This document shows, one piece after another, positions 1 through 12,085 of a stretch of DNA of 64,000 nucleotides; the stretch's first letter is position 1; the number at the start of each line of letters is the position of its first letter. The notes beneath the pieces were generated by a model that saw only the letters and a list, made by a program, of their open reading frames with translations, ran no database searches and was not told the origin of the DNA. Origin of the DNA: Heptranchias perlo (lineage: Eukaryota); contig NC_090363.1 in the NCBI RefSeq assembly GCF_035084215.1, forward strand, positions 9,300,001 through 9,364,000. The letters are read 5' to 3'. A program made the translations under genes and the position numbers.

Positions 1-251
1 ACCCCACAGGAGATGAATGGGAGGGGGACACCCCTCACCTAAAAACAACGAACGTACAAAAATACATGATATGAAATTCATTCTGTTCCTGTTTATTATG
101 GGGTGGGATTTTGTGAGGCTCCACTCCAAGTGCAGAACTTCACTAGTGTGAGCAGAGGTCAGAAAATTGGGACCACAGTGTGCCGTCTCTGTTACGGCAC
201 TCGCTGTTAGTGAGGCTCCATATCAGAGCGGGCACTCACAAAATCATTCCC

Positions 252-902
252 TGTAAGAATATGGTTTAAAACATGCATCAAAAATAGAACGGCAAGGGCG
301 TGCATCTCTGAGGAAAATATCTTACAGGAACCCAAGAGGCTATTGAAAGAGTGCTGAGGCATTAGAATAGTGAAAAACAGTAAGTTTCACGAGACAGGGT
401 GTCCAAAGTTAGAATTACAATACTAAGGCCTGATAACGGTAAAAGGCTATGTAAACACTGAGACACACAACAATCCTTGGTGGTTTTTGGAGAGTCAGCA
501 CGGTAGGATGGTTTACAAACATGAGTTAAGACCAGTGGTGCTTATGTACAGAACAACACAGCTAAATAGTATAAAGATAGGGCATGCTCCCTCCCAAAAG
601 TTAGAGCTCTCAAGAGGGGACATGGCCACAGGCAGTCCGCGGTGGTCAGGTCTGATCTACCTGGATACATGGACAGCTCAGGTTGTATTGATTGTTTGTC
701 ATTAATGTAATCTGCAGACGGTTGTATTATAACTATACTAACTGGTGAATGTGATGTTGAAGACAGCTGCAATGCAATTCTGTTGTAAGTCAACCTACTA
801 ATCTTACTATTTTATAACCACTCAGGCTAGAATCAAGCGGAGGTTATTGTTGATGGATTAACAACCCATAGTTGCGACAGTACCGGGAGAAAGCTGCTAA
901 CA
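252..902 (+). mobile_element. LTR (5' LTR of a decayed LTR retroelement)
   Basis: Starts TG (tgtaagaatatggtttaaaac), ends CA, has TATAAA at 570-575, is followed by a PBS, and is homologous end-to-end to the solo LTR at ~35994-36587. Confidence 0.8.
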
Positions 903-904
903 AA

Positions 905-922
905 TAGCATCCCTGGGTGGCC
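905..922 (+). promoter_or_regulatory. Primer-binding site, tRNA-Asn-like
   Basis: TAGCATCCCTGGGTGGCC matches 15/18 of TGGCGTCCCTGGGTGGGC, the complement of the vertebrate tRNA-Asn(GTT) 3' end (recalled sequence). It lies 2 nt after the LTR end. Confidence 0.7.
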
Positions 923-1756
923 CCGAATCTTAAAGGTTTGAGGTAGCTAGTGTTGAGAGAACTGACTGTATTCTGACGAGAAGGGGAGGATGTGGTTCTG
1001 ACCAAGTGAGGTAGCCACATTTCAGACCTGTGGGAGGATAAACCATGGCGATTGCACCAATGGTTTATGCTCAACAGGAGAAGTCAAGGTGATGGTAATG
1101 CATGCCCTTGACATTATAGGAAAGAAATTGTGCAGAAGGACGAGGAGATAAAATAGGGACTTCTGTCAGACTTTGTACGAGGTAGAGACTAAGATGAAGA
1201 AATTTGTAAAGGGGAAAGAAATTGAAAAGGAGGAACAAAAAGAAAGATGGAGGGACCTTCACTACCCCAGGCTTGGGTGAGGACACAGACTGTGAGCTTG
1301 AGACTTTGAGTCAGTACAGAATAGGGTTAAGTCATAAACATCAGAATTTGAAATTTGGTTTAAGTAAAAAAAAAAGGGTAGTCTATGATGGAATCAAGAA
1401 GGGGAAAGGGAGAGGATCACAAACTACAGAATGTGTTCTTTTATTTGCAGTGTATTGGCTCTTTAAAAAGCCTGTCCTCATTTTGAGTGCTTTCTTTTCG
1501 CTGTGGCGGGCTACGGCCCCTTTTTAATGTTTGTTATGTGTTTTTCTCTGTTGTGTAATGCAGCAAAGATTTTGATTAGCTGTGAAAGCAGTTATTTCCA
1601 GTATTTTCACAGTTTTTGGAAAGGCACGTCTGGAAGAAGAACAAAACGAAAGGCAATGTAATTTACTGGGTTTTAATAAGAACGTGCTATATTGAGAGTT
1701 TCTCTGTTTTGTCTTGTGTTTAATTTCGATATTGCTGAATTAAAATTGGAGTTATT

Positions 1757-4755
1757 GGGGCCGATTTTCAGATGGCTGAGCGGCTGCGTTGGGGGCAGGG
1801 GGCTCCTAAAATGGCGGAATCCCAGAGCAGGTTCGGAGCCCGGCTCCAACTCGCTGACTTGTGGGTTCCCCAGTGACGCATTTGCGTGCACACAACTCCT
1901 GCATGTGGGACTCCCACCGACAATTAAAGCCAGCGGAATGCTGATTTAGATAGTTAGTCAGATAGTTGAGGTACTTGACAGACCTCATTGAGTGGAGATT
2001 TTGGCAGGGGTGCAATTTTGAAGGATCCTCAGCGTGTTTCCCGTGATGTAGGAAACACTCCCTGTTGGAGCAGACGTGTTTCAGCCAAAAGCCAGTGGGA
2101 GATGCAAAGGATTAATTGACAGTTGGGGGGAAAACCTCATTTATTGCAGCAGGACACTCTGTCACTTCAGACAAAGTTTTGGCTGCAACACCTTTGTCTT
2201 TTCACCCAAAGTTATTAATTTATACCCTAAACTCTGCTGTGCAAACACATTTACCTACTTTGCAGACCCCCTCAAACTCACACCATCAGGATGGGGGTGG
2301 GGGGCGCCATAGCTGCATTCATCACTTCATCCGAGGACGAGCAACATCACCGGCCTTGCCAGGCACGCCGTCCACCTCCGCCACGTGGAGCTACACAACA
2401 CAGTGCTGCGCCACAGGCACCTGCACAAAATAGTCGTGCAACTACACATACACCCACTGTAGAGTGATCCAATAAGTGGCATCATGGTGGGTGTTCATGG
2501 TGAACCTCGTGAAAGGGACTTATTACACAAGCCAGTCAAGAATGGCCAAGACGTGGCAGTAGTGGTGACAATAATAATATTTAATGTGACATTAACAAGA
2601 ATCAAATATAAATAAAAAAACATGACAAACCGTCAAACACCCTTGTGCATCCCCTTTGTGCTCACAAAACCTTATGACTACTCCTACGTGGTGCTTCCCC
2701 TGTGGCTGCAGCAGAGGTAGTGGCAGGTTGCTCTTGTTCATGCCCTGACCGATTAGATGCTTTGGGCCTACGCCCTCTGGGTTTCGGTGCCCGTGAGGGC
2801 CCCTCCAAAGACTGCTCCACCTGCACCTGTGCAGGAGCAGACTCGACCACCTGGAGAGGAGGCAGCATTGCGGGTACTGGTTGAGAGGGGGGCAACGGGT
2901 GAGACGTGGGAGCGCTTTGAGTGGCATCCCCACTTCCATGTCCCCTTTCACCATCATCCCTCCCCTGGGCCAGGCCCACATCACTCCTACCACTCTGCTG
3001 GACGACAGTTTGGAGGACATGTGTGAAGCCTTGTAAGGCCGGTGCCAGAGTATCTGCCTGCCTGTTTAAGGCGGCAGAATGTTGCTCACCTTGAGTCCGA
3101 AGGGCCGTTGTCAGGGCCTCAATAGACTCATTCGTGAGCCGTGCTTGAAGCACGATGGAGGCTAGCCTTTCCTCCATCGCAGACATTCTCGCACATACCC
3201 ACGACACTATCTCAGAGATGCCCTCACATCCCTGTGACAGTATCTCAGAGATTCCCTCCTGTATCTGTGCCATCAATCCACTCATGCAGGAGTTGGATTC
3301 CTCCATCCTCTGTGCGATTGTGGAGACTGTGCGTGGCACCTGTTCCAGCACCTCGCAAATGTGCTGCTGCCCCTCGATCATTCTCCTTTTCATGGATGGC
3401 CCCCCAGGGTCCAGCATCTGTGTCCAGCTGAGCAGAGCCTGGAGAAGAGTGCTCCCACCGACACAGACTCTCCACAGCTGCCCTTGCCACCAGTGTCTGC
3501 TCGTGCTCACATGTGTGTGGTGATTCACCATGTGCGACCCCAACTAAGTGAGGACGGGGCCCGCTGAGGTTTGTGTATCTGTGCTGGTGGATGGCTTGCT
3601 CAGATGTGATGGTGCCCCCTCAGAGGCCGGCAGCTCCTCTGAGGAATCGCCCTCCGCCGTCACAGCAGTCGCTGAAGGCCCCGTAAGAGAACAGAAGGCC
3701 ATATTAAGCATGCTGACAGATGTTGAGGTGCTGAAGATGGCAAGGCATGTTAACATCATTTGCTATTGTGAGTGCTGAATGTTAAAGTTCTGTCACGAGC
3801 CGTTTGTCGGGTGGCAGTCTCGGCGTCCCCGATGGACAGGCACTCGAGGGTGTGGCTTAGTTCCAGAGCCTCCTGCTCCGTGTCTGTGAGGACAACCAGA
3901 TGTTGCAGCCCCCCTCCGGTCTTCGCTCTCTCCCATGCATTCTGGGCTCCCTTCTCCTATAAAGGGAGAAAGTAGAGAGGTGTGAGTGAGGGATGGGTGA
4001 GGCTGACCGTGAAAGAGATGCATCAGACGGTGAGTATGAGACAGAGCCATGACATTGTATGAGGATTGGGTTGAGTGGTAGTGGTGGGATGAGTACTGGG
4101 GAGGTGAGTAAGTGCAGGTAAGTTGAGGATGAGGTTTGAGTGAGTGTGAGGAGTGATGTGATCGAGTAGTGTTGGCAGTACAGAATGAGTTGTGCGGTGG
4201 GGGCGGTGATGTGGAAGACGGAGTGTAGGGGAATGAGTAAGTGTACTCACTTTGGCTGACCTAGTTAGGTCATTGAAGCACTTCCTGCACTGGATCTAGG
4301 TGCAGGAGATGTTACTGCTGCTGGTGACCTCCTCTGCCACCTCGAGCCAGGCCTTCTTGGTGGCAGAGGCAGGCCACTTCCTCCCGTCCGCCGGGTAGAA
4401 AATCTCCCTCCTCCTCCTCACCCCATCCAGTAGGACCTGGAGTGAGGCATCAGTAAATCTGGGAGCAGCCTTTCCCCTGGTCTGCTCCATTGTACAATTT
4501 TGGTTGTTTGCTCCAGGAGCAGCATTGGAGGACTGCCCCTTTAAATAGGACTCCTCCAGCTGACAGCCTGTGATGCGGGTGCGCAGTCCGCCCGCTGCCC
4601 AGGTTGACGACGGGAAACCCGGATGCCACGGTAAGTGGCTTCAATTTACCCGCGATCGCGTGGGGAACGGACGGATTTTACTGGGCGGGTTACCCACGTG
4701 CCCAATCGCCCACCCCCCAACACCGTCATCCCTCCTCCCTGGTAATATCGGGGCC
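1757..4755. mobile_element. PIF/Harbinger DNA transposon, internally deleted (transposase lost)
   Basis: Imperfect TIRs GGGGCCGATTTT / (rc) GGCCCCGATATT, 3-bp TSD ATT on both sides (1754-1756, 4756-4758), and a Myb/SANT ORF on the - strand. Confidence 0.85.
2662..4490 (-). pseudogene. Harbinger Myb/SANT-like DNA-binding protein gene (disrupted)
   Basis: MEQTRGKAAPRFTDASLQVLLDGVRRRREIFYP...KKAWLEVAEEV...T*IQCRKCFNDLTRSAK|gtgagt (exon 4490-4251; TAG where Trp is expected). The downstream exon has a coiled-coil/Pro-rich C-terminus (ORF 3543-2662). Confidence 0.8.
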
Positions 4756-4860
4756 ATTGAGTTCAAATTGTGGAAACCAGACTTTTATTGTGGCCACAGT
4801 AAAATTCTGGTCCATATGAAAAGGTGGAAGTGTCAAATTCTGGACATGAGATCATCACAA

Positions 4861-5918
4861 TGAATATTGATCTGATTGGAGTTGTGTTGAGTATTGGTGA
4901 GCATGAATTGATCTGATTGGAGTTGTGTTGAGTATTGGTGAGCATGAATTGATCTGATTGGAGTTGTGTTGAGAATTGGTGAGTGTGAATTGATCTGATT
5001 GGAGTTGTGTTGAGAATTGGTGAGTGTGAATTGATCTGATTGGAGTTGTGTTGCGAAATGGTGAGTGTGAATTGATCTGATTGGAGTTGTGTTGAGAATT
5101 GGTGAGTGTGAATTGATCTGATTGGAGTTGTGTTGAGAATTGGTGAGTGTGAATTGATCTGATTGGAGTTGTGTTGAGTATTGGTGAGTGTGAATTGATC
5201 TGATTGGAGTTGTGTTGAGTATTGGTGAGTGTGAATTGATCTGATTGGAGTTGTGTTGAGTATTGGTGAGTGTGAATTGATCTGATTGGAGTTGTGTTGA
5301 GTATTGGTGAGTGTGAATTGATCTGATTGGAGTTGTGTTGAGTATTGGTGAGTGTGAATTGATCTGATTGGAGTTGTGTTGAGTGTTGGTGAGTGTGAAT
5401 TGATCTGATTGGAGTTGTGTTGAGTATTGGTGAGTGTGAATTGATCTGATTGGAGTTGTGTTGAGAATTGGTGAGCGTGAATTGATCTGATTGGAGTTGT
5501 GTTGAGTATTGGTGAGCATGAATTGATCTGATTGGAGTTGTGTTGAGTATTGGTGAGCATGAATTGATCTGATTGGAGTTGTGTTGAGTATTGGTGAGCA
5601 TGAATTGATCTGATTGGAGTTGTGTTGAGTATTGGTGAGTGTGAATTGATCTGATTGGAGTTGTGTTGAGTATTGGTGAGCGTGAATTGATCTGATTGGA
5701 GTTGTGTTGAGAATTGGTGAGCATGAATTGATCTGATTGGAGTTGTGTTGAGAATTGGTGAGCGTGAATTGATCTGATTGGAGTTGTGTTGAGAATTGGT
5801 GAGCGTGAATTGATCTGATTGGAGTTGTGTTGAGTATTGGTGAGTGTGAATTGATCTGACTGGAGTTGTGTTGAGAATTGGTGAGTGTGAATTGATCTGA
5901 CTGGAGTTGTGTTGAGTA
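4861..5918. repeat. 41-bp minisatellite, about 26 copies
   Basis: Unit ATTGATCTGATTGGAGTTGTGTTGAGTATTGGTGAGTGTGA; period measured 4866 to 4907. Confidence 0.97.
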
Positions 5919-6875
5919 TCATTGGGGCAGCATTGGACTCCGTTGCAGGTTGAGAGCTGTGAAGCCGACTTAATCGGGAAACCTTCAGTCACGTGAGATC
6001 CATCTCTTGCCATTGCGTCTCAAAGATCAAGGTCACCATTCTCCAAACCCTGAGATCCACTGTCTGAAAGAATCTAATGCAACAAATGTTATTTGCACTA
6101 GCAGTTCCAGTTTATAATGTGATGGTGAAATACAGATCTAATAATAATATGCAGCACATCATCATGGTTGTGGAACAAATTGGTAAAATGCAAACTTACG
6201 ACCGCCCGTATGTTTATCCCTTGTGGGTTTAAGGGCTTTTTTGTGCCCCCTTCTCGTACTTCCGAGGTCTGGGGTCTGTAATGTGGGTAGTTGGTTACAT
6301 TTACAATGAGCCTCTTTGGACAGAGGTGGCCTTCCCCTCAGAGCTGGAATGGTCCCACAGCAGTGCTGCGTCTCTGGGCTTGTTTCCTCAGCAATCTGGG
6401 TCTCCAGACTTACTCTTACTTGTGAAGGTCCCTGAGGGGACAATCTAGAGACCGCTCTGGAGCTGCTGTCATGAGGCTGAGCAGGGTCCTCGGAATGGTC
6501 TCCTGCTATCCCACTCGGAGAGCATTCCTAACGGAACCACTAAGGTCCCTAAACCCCAGAGGGAGAGTGCACCTGGCATCCTTGTAGCCCTCCGAGATGC
6601 TGCTCTAGGGAACTCAGAATCGGGTACTCATCGATCTCTCCATCCTTTCTCCCAAGCCCACTTGCTTCCAAGTGGAAAGCACTTGGTGGTCTGGAGGCCT
6701 CCTTGTAATGGGGGATGGATGCAAATGTTCCTGGATCTGCCACTGGCTCCAGGATGCACTGCATCGATGAGTAGCCCTGCCTGATGGTGCCACGGAAAAT
6801 GGAATTGGACTCAGCAACAGCCATAGCCATGTGCCTCACATTGTGTGAAGGAGGGTGCACAGCCTCTATTCTTTG

Positions 6876-7020
6876 TATTTGTTCTCAGAATGTGGGCGTC
6901 AATGGCAAGGCTGCATTTATTGCCTATCCCTAGCTGCCCTAAGAAGGCGGTGGTCGTGGACCTTCTCATTGAGCTGCTGCAGTCCTTGTGGTGATGGTGG
7001 TCCCACAATTGTGTTAGGTA
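6876..7020 (-). mobile_element. CR1/L2-clade LINE 3' end fragment (second family)
   Basis: Reverse complement of the 3' tail seen at 16330-16490. Confidence 0.75.
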
Positions 7021-7040
7021 GAATTGTGGGATTCTTTCTT

Positions 7041-7416
7041 NNNNNNNNNNNNNNNNNNNNNNNNNNNNNNNNNNNNNNNNNNNNNNNNNNNNNNNNNNNN
7101 NNNNNNNNNNNNNNNNNNNNNNNNNNNNNNNNNNNNNNNNNNNNNNNNNNNNNNNNNNNNNNNNNNNNNNNNNNNNNNNNNNNNNNNNNNNNNNNNNNNN
7201 NNNNNNNNNNNNNNNNNNNNNNNNNNNNNNNNNNNNNNNNNNNNNNNNNNNNNNNNNNNNNNNNNACCTTTCTNNNNNNNNNNNNNNNNNNNNNNNNNNN
7301 NNNNNNNNNNNNNNNNNNNNNNNNNNNNNNNNNNNNNNNNNNNNNNNNNNNNNNNNNNNNNNNNNNNNNNNNNNNNNNNNNNNNNNNNNNNNNNNNNNNN
7401 NNNNNNNNNNNNNNNN
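7041..7416. other. Assembly gap(s) (N runs 7041-7265 and 7274-7416) next to a (CTTT)n microsatellite
   Basis: N characters; CTTT/CT low-complexity sequence at 7417-7520. Confidence 0.99.
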
Positions 7417-7464
7417 TATTCCTTTCTTCCTCTCTCTTTATCTTTCCTTCTTTCGCTCTTTTGC

Positions 7465-7495
<31 letters not shown>

Positions 7496-8112
7496 CTCTC
7501 TTTCTCTCTTTCTTTCTTTTTATTTGGAGAGGTCCAGGTGATAGAGTAACAGCAGCTGTTAATTCCTTGCTCGCTGTGACACCCCACAGTGCAGTGCTGG
7601 AACACCTAGGACGTGCAGTGCACACTCACCTCTGTGGTTTTCTGATGGTAGTAATTAGCCTTGACATGGAGCTGCCATCGCACCTAACCTTGCTGCCATT
7701 GTCAGATCATTAAACCGTTTGCCACATTTGTAGGGATATCCTGCCAGTTAGAGATGTTTCATGTACTGACAATAAAACTTCCTTCCGAGTAGTTCTTGCA
7801 GCGCAGTTTGCAGTTTCTTTTAATCTCTAACCCCCAAAAATGTGTCCCTCCTCTGCCTTATCGCAATTAGGAGAGGCTCCAACTCACTGTCACCAAAATT
7901 GGTGGCTTTCCTTCTCCTCCTGTCCTCCTGCTTTGCTGCTGCCACTCCTTGGTTACTGACACCTCTTCCTGGTTACTGGCAGTTACCTTTACACGCAGTC
8001 TGTCTTTACATGACGATGCCCTGTGCCTCCCCTTCCCCCCATGACGTTTCCTGGCCTCGTCAGTCATTGCAGGTCTATTGCCGGCAGGATTCATAAAAGA
8101 AAGTCAGAAGGA

Positions 8113-8540
8113 AAGAAAGACTTGCATTTCTAAAGCACCTCAGGACCGTCCCAAAGCACTTCACAGCTAATGAAGTATTTTTGAAGTGTGGTCACTGTTG
8201 TAATGTAGGAAACACAGCAGCCAATTTGTACACAGCAAGGTCCCACAAACAGCAATGAGATAGTGACCGGATAATCCATTTTTAGCCACTTTGGTTGAGG
8301 AATAAATATTGGTCAGGACACTGGGGAGAACTCCGTTGCTCTTCTTCAACATAGTGGCTGGTGAAATCTTTCACGTCCTCCTGAAGGGGTAGACAGGACT
8401 CCTCATCTGAAAGGTAGCACCTCTGACAGTGCAGCACTCCCTCAATACTGCACTGGAAGTTTCAGCCTGGAGTGGGACTTGAACCCACAACCTTTTAGGC
8501 TTAGATGTGAGAGTGCTACCCACTGAGCCACGGTTGATAC
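8113..8540 (-). mobile_element. SacSINE1-like DeuSINE
   Basis: Reverse complement of the full copy at 27955-28420. Confidence 0.85.
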
Positions 8541-8679
8541 CTATATCACACTATGTCCTGTCGAGGGTCAGCGCCTGAGCATAAGGGCGGGACTTAAGTC
8601 ACGTCCTACCACACTTCCAGCGGTGGATGGTGGACATCCGAATATTGGGGGCCATGATACACCATCAGAACCGTCAGTC

Positions 8680-9410
8680 ACATAGAATCATAGAACCATA
8701 GACTCATAGAATCATACGGCACAGAAGGAGGCCATTTTGCCCATCGCGCCTGTGCTGGCTCTTTGAAAGAGCTATCCAATTAGTCCCACTCCTCTGCTCT
8801 TTCCCCATAGCCCTCCAGATTTTACCCCTGCAGGGATTTATCCAATTCCCTTTTGAAAGTTGTTATTGAATCTGCTTCCACCGCCCTTTCAGGCAGTGAA
8901 TTCCAGATCATAACAACTCGCTGTATAAACATTATTTCCCTCATGTCGCCTCTGGTTCTTTTGCCAATCGTCTTATGCCAGTGTCCGCTGGTTACCGACC
9001 GTTCTGCCACTGGAAACGGTTTCCCTTTATTTATTCTATCAAAACCCCTCATAATTTTGAACACCTCTATTAAATCTCCCCTTAACCTTCTCTGCTCCAA
9101 GGGAAACAATTCCAGGTCCAGGACATCAATATATATCAAAAAAAGCAGTGGTCCAAATACCGACCCTTGGGGGACACCACTGTATATTTCCCTCTAGTCC
9201 GAAAAACAACCCTTCACCGCTACTCTTTGCTTTCTGTCCCTTAGCCAATGACGTATCCACGCAGGCACTGCCCCTTTAATCCCATTGCTTCAGTGTTGTT
9301 TACAAGTCGATTATGTGGTATGTTATCAAATGCCTTTTGATAGTCCATATACACCACATCAACCACACTACCCTCATCCACCCTCTCTGTTATTTCATCA
9401 AAGAACCATC
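8680..9410 (-). mobile_element. CR1 LINE 3' fragment with internal deletion
   Basis: LEQRRLRGDLIEVFKIMRGFDR...QRVVMIWNSLPERAVEADS joined to the RT segment GVPQGSVFGPLLFLIYI; (catagaat)n tail. Confidence 0.92.
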
Positions 9411-9789
9411 AGCCACATAAGAACCATCATCGTGAGGTTCCACCCGTTTTGCGTCACAGCCCAAGTCGAATTTCAGGCCCTCTCAGTCTTAACGCAAGTG
9501 AGAACCCAACCCCTGAAAGCAGATCACAGGGAAGGAAAGGAAAAGAGGAACTTAACCTGAGAAACGAAAGAAGAAAGGTTTTCTGTGTGCGGTACCACAC
9601 GGGGTGCACTTAACAACTCAAAGGACGGGAGTTTATTCGGCATCTGTGGCCATGCCAGGCCGTCTGATGTGACGGTGCCCTGGTTACGTGTCGTGGAGAC
9701 GGCTGTTTCCAGGAACTGAGCCGGACGGTAAAATCAATACAGTGGCACCCCCTTCAGTGAGAAGGTTCATGGGCTGCTGACACCTGGGG

Positions 9790-10625
9790 TGAAGGGCAGT
9801 GGGCTGTGTGAGGAGGGCAGGGGGCTGTGTGAGGAGGGCAGGGGGCCGTGTGAGGAGGGCAGGGGGCTGTGTGAGGAGGGCAGGGGGCTGTGTGAGGAGG
9901 GCAGGGGGCCGTGTGAGGAGGGCAGGGGGCTGTGTGTGGAGGGCAGGGGGCCGTGTGAGGAGGGCGGGGGGCCGTGTGAGGAGGGCAGGGGGCCGTGTGA
10001 GGAGGGCGGGGGGCCGTGTGAGGAGGGCGGGGGGCTGTGTGAGGAGGGCAGGGGGCCGTGTGAGGAGGGCAGGGGGCTGTGTGTGGAGGGCAGGGGGCCG
10101 TGTGAGGAGGGCAGGGGGCCGTGTGAGGAGGGCAGGGGGCTGTGTGTGGAGGGCAGGGGGCCGTGTGTGGAGGGCAGGGGGCCGTGTGAGGAGGGCAGGG
10201 GGCCGTGTGAGGAGGGCAGGGGGCAGTGTGTGGAGGGCAGGGGGCCGTGTGTGGAGGGCGGGGGGCCGTGTGAGGAGGGCGGGGGGCCGTGTGAGGAGGG
10301 CGGGGGGCCGTGTGAGGAGGGCGGGGGGCCGTGTGAGGAGGGCGGGGGGCTGTGTGAGGAGGGCGGGGGGCCGTGTGAGGAGGGCGGGGGGCCGTGTGTG
10401 GAGGGCGGGGCGCCGTGTGTGGAGGGCGGGGGGCCGTGTGAGGAGGGCAGGGGGCCGTGTGAGGAGGGCGGGGCGCCGTGTGTGGAGGGCGGGGGGCCGT
10501 GTGAGGAGGGCGGGGGGCCGTGTGTGGAGGGCGGGGGGCCGTGTGAGGAGGGCGGGGGGCCGTGTGTGGAGGGCGGGGGGCCGTGTGAGGAGGGCGGGGG
10601 GCCGTGTGTGGAGGGCGGGGGCTGT
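9790..10625. repeat. 21-bp G-rich minisatellite, about 40 copies
   Basis: Unit GAGGGC(A/G)GGGGGCCGTGTG(A/T)G. Confidence 0.97.
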
Positions 10626-12085
10626 CTGTAGAGAGCAGGGACTGTCTGGTGCGGGCAGGGACTGTATGGTGCGGGCAGGGACTGTCTGGTGCGGGCAGGG
10701 ACTGTATGGTGCGGGCAGGGACTGTATGGTGCGGGCAGGGACTGTCTGGTGCGGGCAGGGACTGTATGGTGCGGGCAGGGACTGTATGGTGCGGGCAGGG
10801 ACTGTCTGGTGCGGGCAGGGACTGTCTGGTGCGGGCAGGGACTGTCTGGTGCGGGCAGGGACTGTCTGGTGCGGGCAGGGACTGTCTGTAGAGAGCAGGG
10901 ACTGTCTGGTGCGGGCAGGGACTGTATGGTGCGGGCAGGGACTGTCTGGTGTGGGCAGGGACTGTATGGTGCGGGCAGGGACTGTATGGTGCGGGCAGGG
11001 ATTGTCTGGTGCGGGCAGGGACTGTCTGGTGCGGGCAGGGACTGTATGGTGAGGGCAGGGACTGTCTGGTGCGGGCAGGGACTGTATGGTGCGGGCAGGG
11101 ACTGTCTGGTGCGGGCAGGGACTGTATGGTGCGGGCAGGGACTGTATGGTGAGGGCAGGGACTGTATGGTGCGGGCAGGGACTGTCTGGTGTGGGCAGGG
11201 ACTGTCTGGTGCGGGCAGGGACTGTATGGTGCGGGCAGGGACTGTCTGGTGCGGGCAGGGACTGTATGGTGCGGGCAGGGACTGTCTGGTGCGGGCAGGG
11301 ACTGTATGGTGCGGGCAGGGACTGTCTGGTGCGGGCAGGGACTGTCTGGTGCGGGCAGGGACTGTATGGTGCGGGCAGGGACTGTCTGGTGTGGGCAGGG
11401 ACTGTCTGGTGCGGGCAGGGACTGTATGGTGCGGGCAGGGACTGTATGGTGAGGGCAGGGACTGTCTGGTGCGGGCAGGGACTGTATGGTGCGGGCAGGG
11501 ACTGTCTGGTGCGGGCAGGGACTGTATGGTGCGGGCAGAGACTGTATGGTGAGGGCAGGGACTGTCTGGTGCGGGCAGGGACTGTATGGTGAGGGCAGGG
11601 ACTGTCTGGTGAGGGCAGGGACTGTCTGGTGCGGGCAGGGACTGTATGGTGAGGGCAGGGACTGTCTGGTGAGGGCAGGGACTGTCTGGTGCGGGCAGGG
11701 ACTGTCTGGTGCGGGCAGGGACTGTCTGGTGCGGGCAGGGACTGTATGGTGAGGGCAGGGACTGTCTGGTGAGGGCAGGGACTGTCTGGTGCGGGCAGGG
11801 ACTGTCTGGTGAGGGCAGGGACTGTATGGTGGGGGCAGGGACTGTCTGGTGAGGGCAGGGACTGTATGGTGGGGGCAGGGACTGTCTGGTGGGGGCAGGG
11901 ACTGTCTGGTGAGGGCAGGGACTGTATGGTGGGGGCAGGGACTGTCTGGTGAGGGTAGGGACTGTATGGTGGGGGCAGGGACTGTCTGGTGAGGGCAGGG
12001 ACTGTATGGTGGGGGCAGGGACTGTCTGGTGAGGGCAGGGACTGTATGGTGCGGGCAATGACTATCTGCTGCGGGCAGGGACTAT
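10626..12085. repeat. 20-bp G-rich minisatellite, about 73 copies
   Basis: Unit ACTGT(C/A)TGGTG(C/A/G)GGGCAGGG, in exact 20-bp register. Confidence 0.98.

Larger units (their letters stand above)
6020..7950 (-). pseudogene. Older, decayed Harbinger-type Myb/SANT-like gene
   Basis: The - strand at ~7950-7690 reads RRRKATNFGDSELEPLLIAIRQRRDTFLG...CGKRFNDLTMAAR with a stop and frameshifts. ORF pieces 6860-6549 and 6443-6200 are in the same frame. A donor C|gtaagt at ~6200 is phase-matched to a small terminal exon 6063-6020. Confidence 0.6.

Noticed and set aside
4861-5918. CRISPR-like regular repeats (also 48360-48892 and 59520-59970)
   Set aside because: Head-to-tail units with no unique spacers, no cas genes, and a vertebrate context.
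4763-6013. 416/355/228-aa repetitive ORFs
   Set aside because: Stop-free 41-bp tandem repeat read in three frames.
6855-7713. ORFs of more than 200 aa spanning X runs
   Set aside because: Artefacts of N gaps.
9767-12058. 763-aa Pro-rich ORF and overlapping + strand ORFs
   Set aside because: Pure translations of the 20- and 21-bp minisatellites; no unique sequence or splice context.
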